Source: an uncultured Acidobacteriota bacterium
GTDB taxonomy: Bacteria > Acidobacteriota > Thermoanaerobaculia > UBA5066
DNA: 64,000 nucleotides
Reading direction: 5' to 3'
NCBI GenBank assembly: GCA_963779415.1
Contig: CAVZYA010000001.1
Span: forward strand, 1,856,001-1,920,000
Within the stretch, counting starts at the first letter, position 1. Every line of letters begins with the position of its first letter. Positions 63,401-64,000 of this stretch are shown piece after piece. The notes beneath the pieces are model-generated. The model ran no database searches, was not told the origin of the DNA, and worked only from the letters and a program-made list of their open reading frames with translations. Position numbers and translations under genes: made by a program.

Positions 63401-63999
63401 GGTGAAAAGACGAGCGGACGGCCGACGGGAGGCCGGGCGAGGCGCGTGGCGGCTCCCGACGGATCGCCCTCCGCCCAGAACCCGAGCTGGTCCATCCGGT
63501 GGGGCGAGCCGACGTGCCCGGAGACGCCGAACGGGACGACGAGCGTCGCGGCATCCGGCTCCCCCCAGTCGACGACGAAGCGCATCGACTGCCCGAACGT
63601 GGAGGTCTGGACCCGCGGGACGGCGGCGGCGCCCGAGAGAGGAATCGACGGGGCGTCGAAGACGCGCGAGAGGCCGGGGATGAGGCCGAGCGGGTGCCGC
63701 GCACGGAGGCGGTTCGAGGCGCCCCATGTCCAGCGGGCGCGGTCGAGCCCCTGCGCGGTGGCGATCGCCCGGAGCGCCTTCTCGACGACGAGCTTCATCG
63801 CCGCCCCTTTCTCCCCGAGCCCGGCGCGGCGCCACGCGGACCGGTCCGCGAGCGCGACGTCGACCACTCGATCCTCCGGAAGGCGGAGCGAGACCTCGGG
63901 CCCGACTCCCCAGACCTGCAGTGTCCGGGCCGAGAGGGCGTCGCGGAGCGCGCGGGCAACGAGAAATTGAGCAGTCGTCGCATTGGCGCTCCCGTCCCA
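63397..63999 (-). CDS. Penicillin acylase family protein, C-terminal part (runs off window)
   Basis: WDG, WTWG, SMRFVVDW, GVSGHVGSPH..DQ..W. Confidence 0.8.
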   Translation of the reverse strand, partial: WDGSANATTAQFLVARALRDALSARTLQVWGVGPEVSLRLPEDRVVDVALADRSAWRRAGLGEKGAAMKLVVEKALRAIATAQGLDRARWTWGASNRLRARHPLGLIPGLSRVFDAPSIPLSGAAAVPRVQTSTFGQSMRFVVDWGEPDAATLVVPFGVSGHVGSPHRMDQLGFWAEGDPSGAATRLARPPVGRPLVFSP

Positions 64000-64000
64000 C

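Overview
High-GC bacterial window. The gene style and the Cys-rich SLH-like C-termini suggest Acidobacteriota, possibly Thermoanaerobaculia (inference). Bases ~1-58,100 form a large cell-surface glycan and surface-protein island. (i) A minus-strand operon carries an AsnB-like gene, GT4s, a deacetylase, wzt/wzm, a UDP-HexNAc epimerase and dehydrogenase, and a class-III aminotransferase. (ii) Three GT-C-like multi-pass membrane proteins are present, two of them in a gene pair duplicated in inverted orientation ~43 kb apart. (iii) A tailoring operon encodes ATP-grasp, GNAT, ThDP-enzyme and GT2 proteins. (iv) A wzc-led operon carries a CDP-sugar/C-methyltransferase/DUF4910/PIG-L cassette and a second wzt. 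(v) An array of seven secreted proteins is built from shuffled modules (beta-helix, DUF4038 apiosidase-like hydrolase, Pro/Thr linker, Ig-like, Cys-rich SLH x3), including a ~1.3 kb near-identical inverted repeat whose recombination would swap the surface anchor. Two decayed IS3-family remnants and several gene relics are present. Right of ~58,200 are ordinary genes: ABC-2 exporter, class A beta-lactamase-like protein, YqgE/AlgH, OsmC, M23 peptidase and a partial penicillin acylase. Many single-base frameshifts probably reflect long-read errors. All calls come from reading motifs by eye; no database searches were run.
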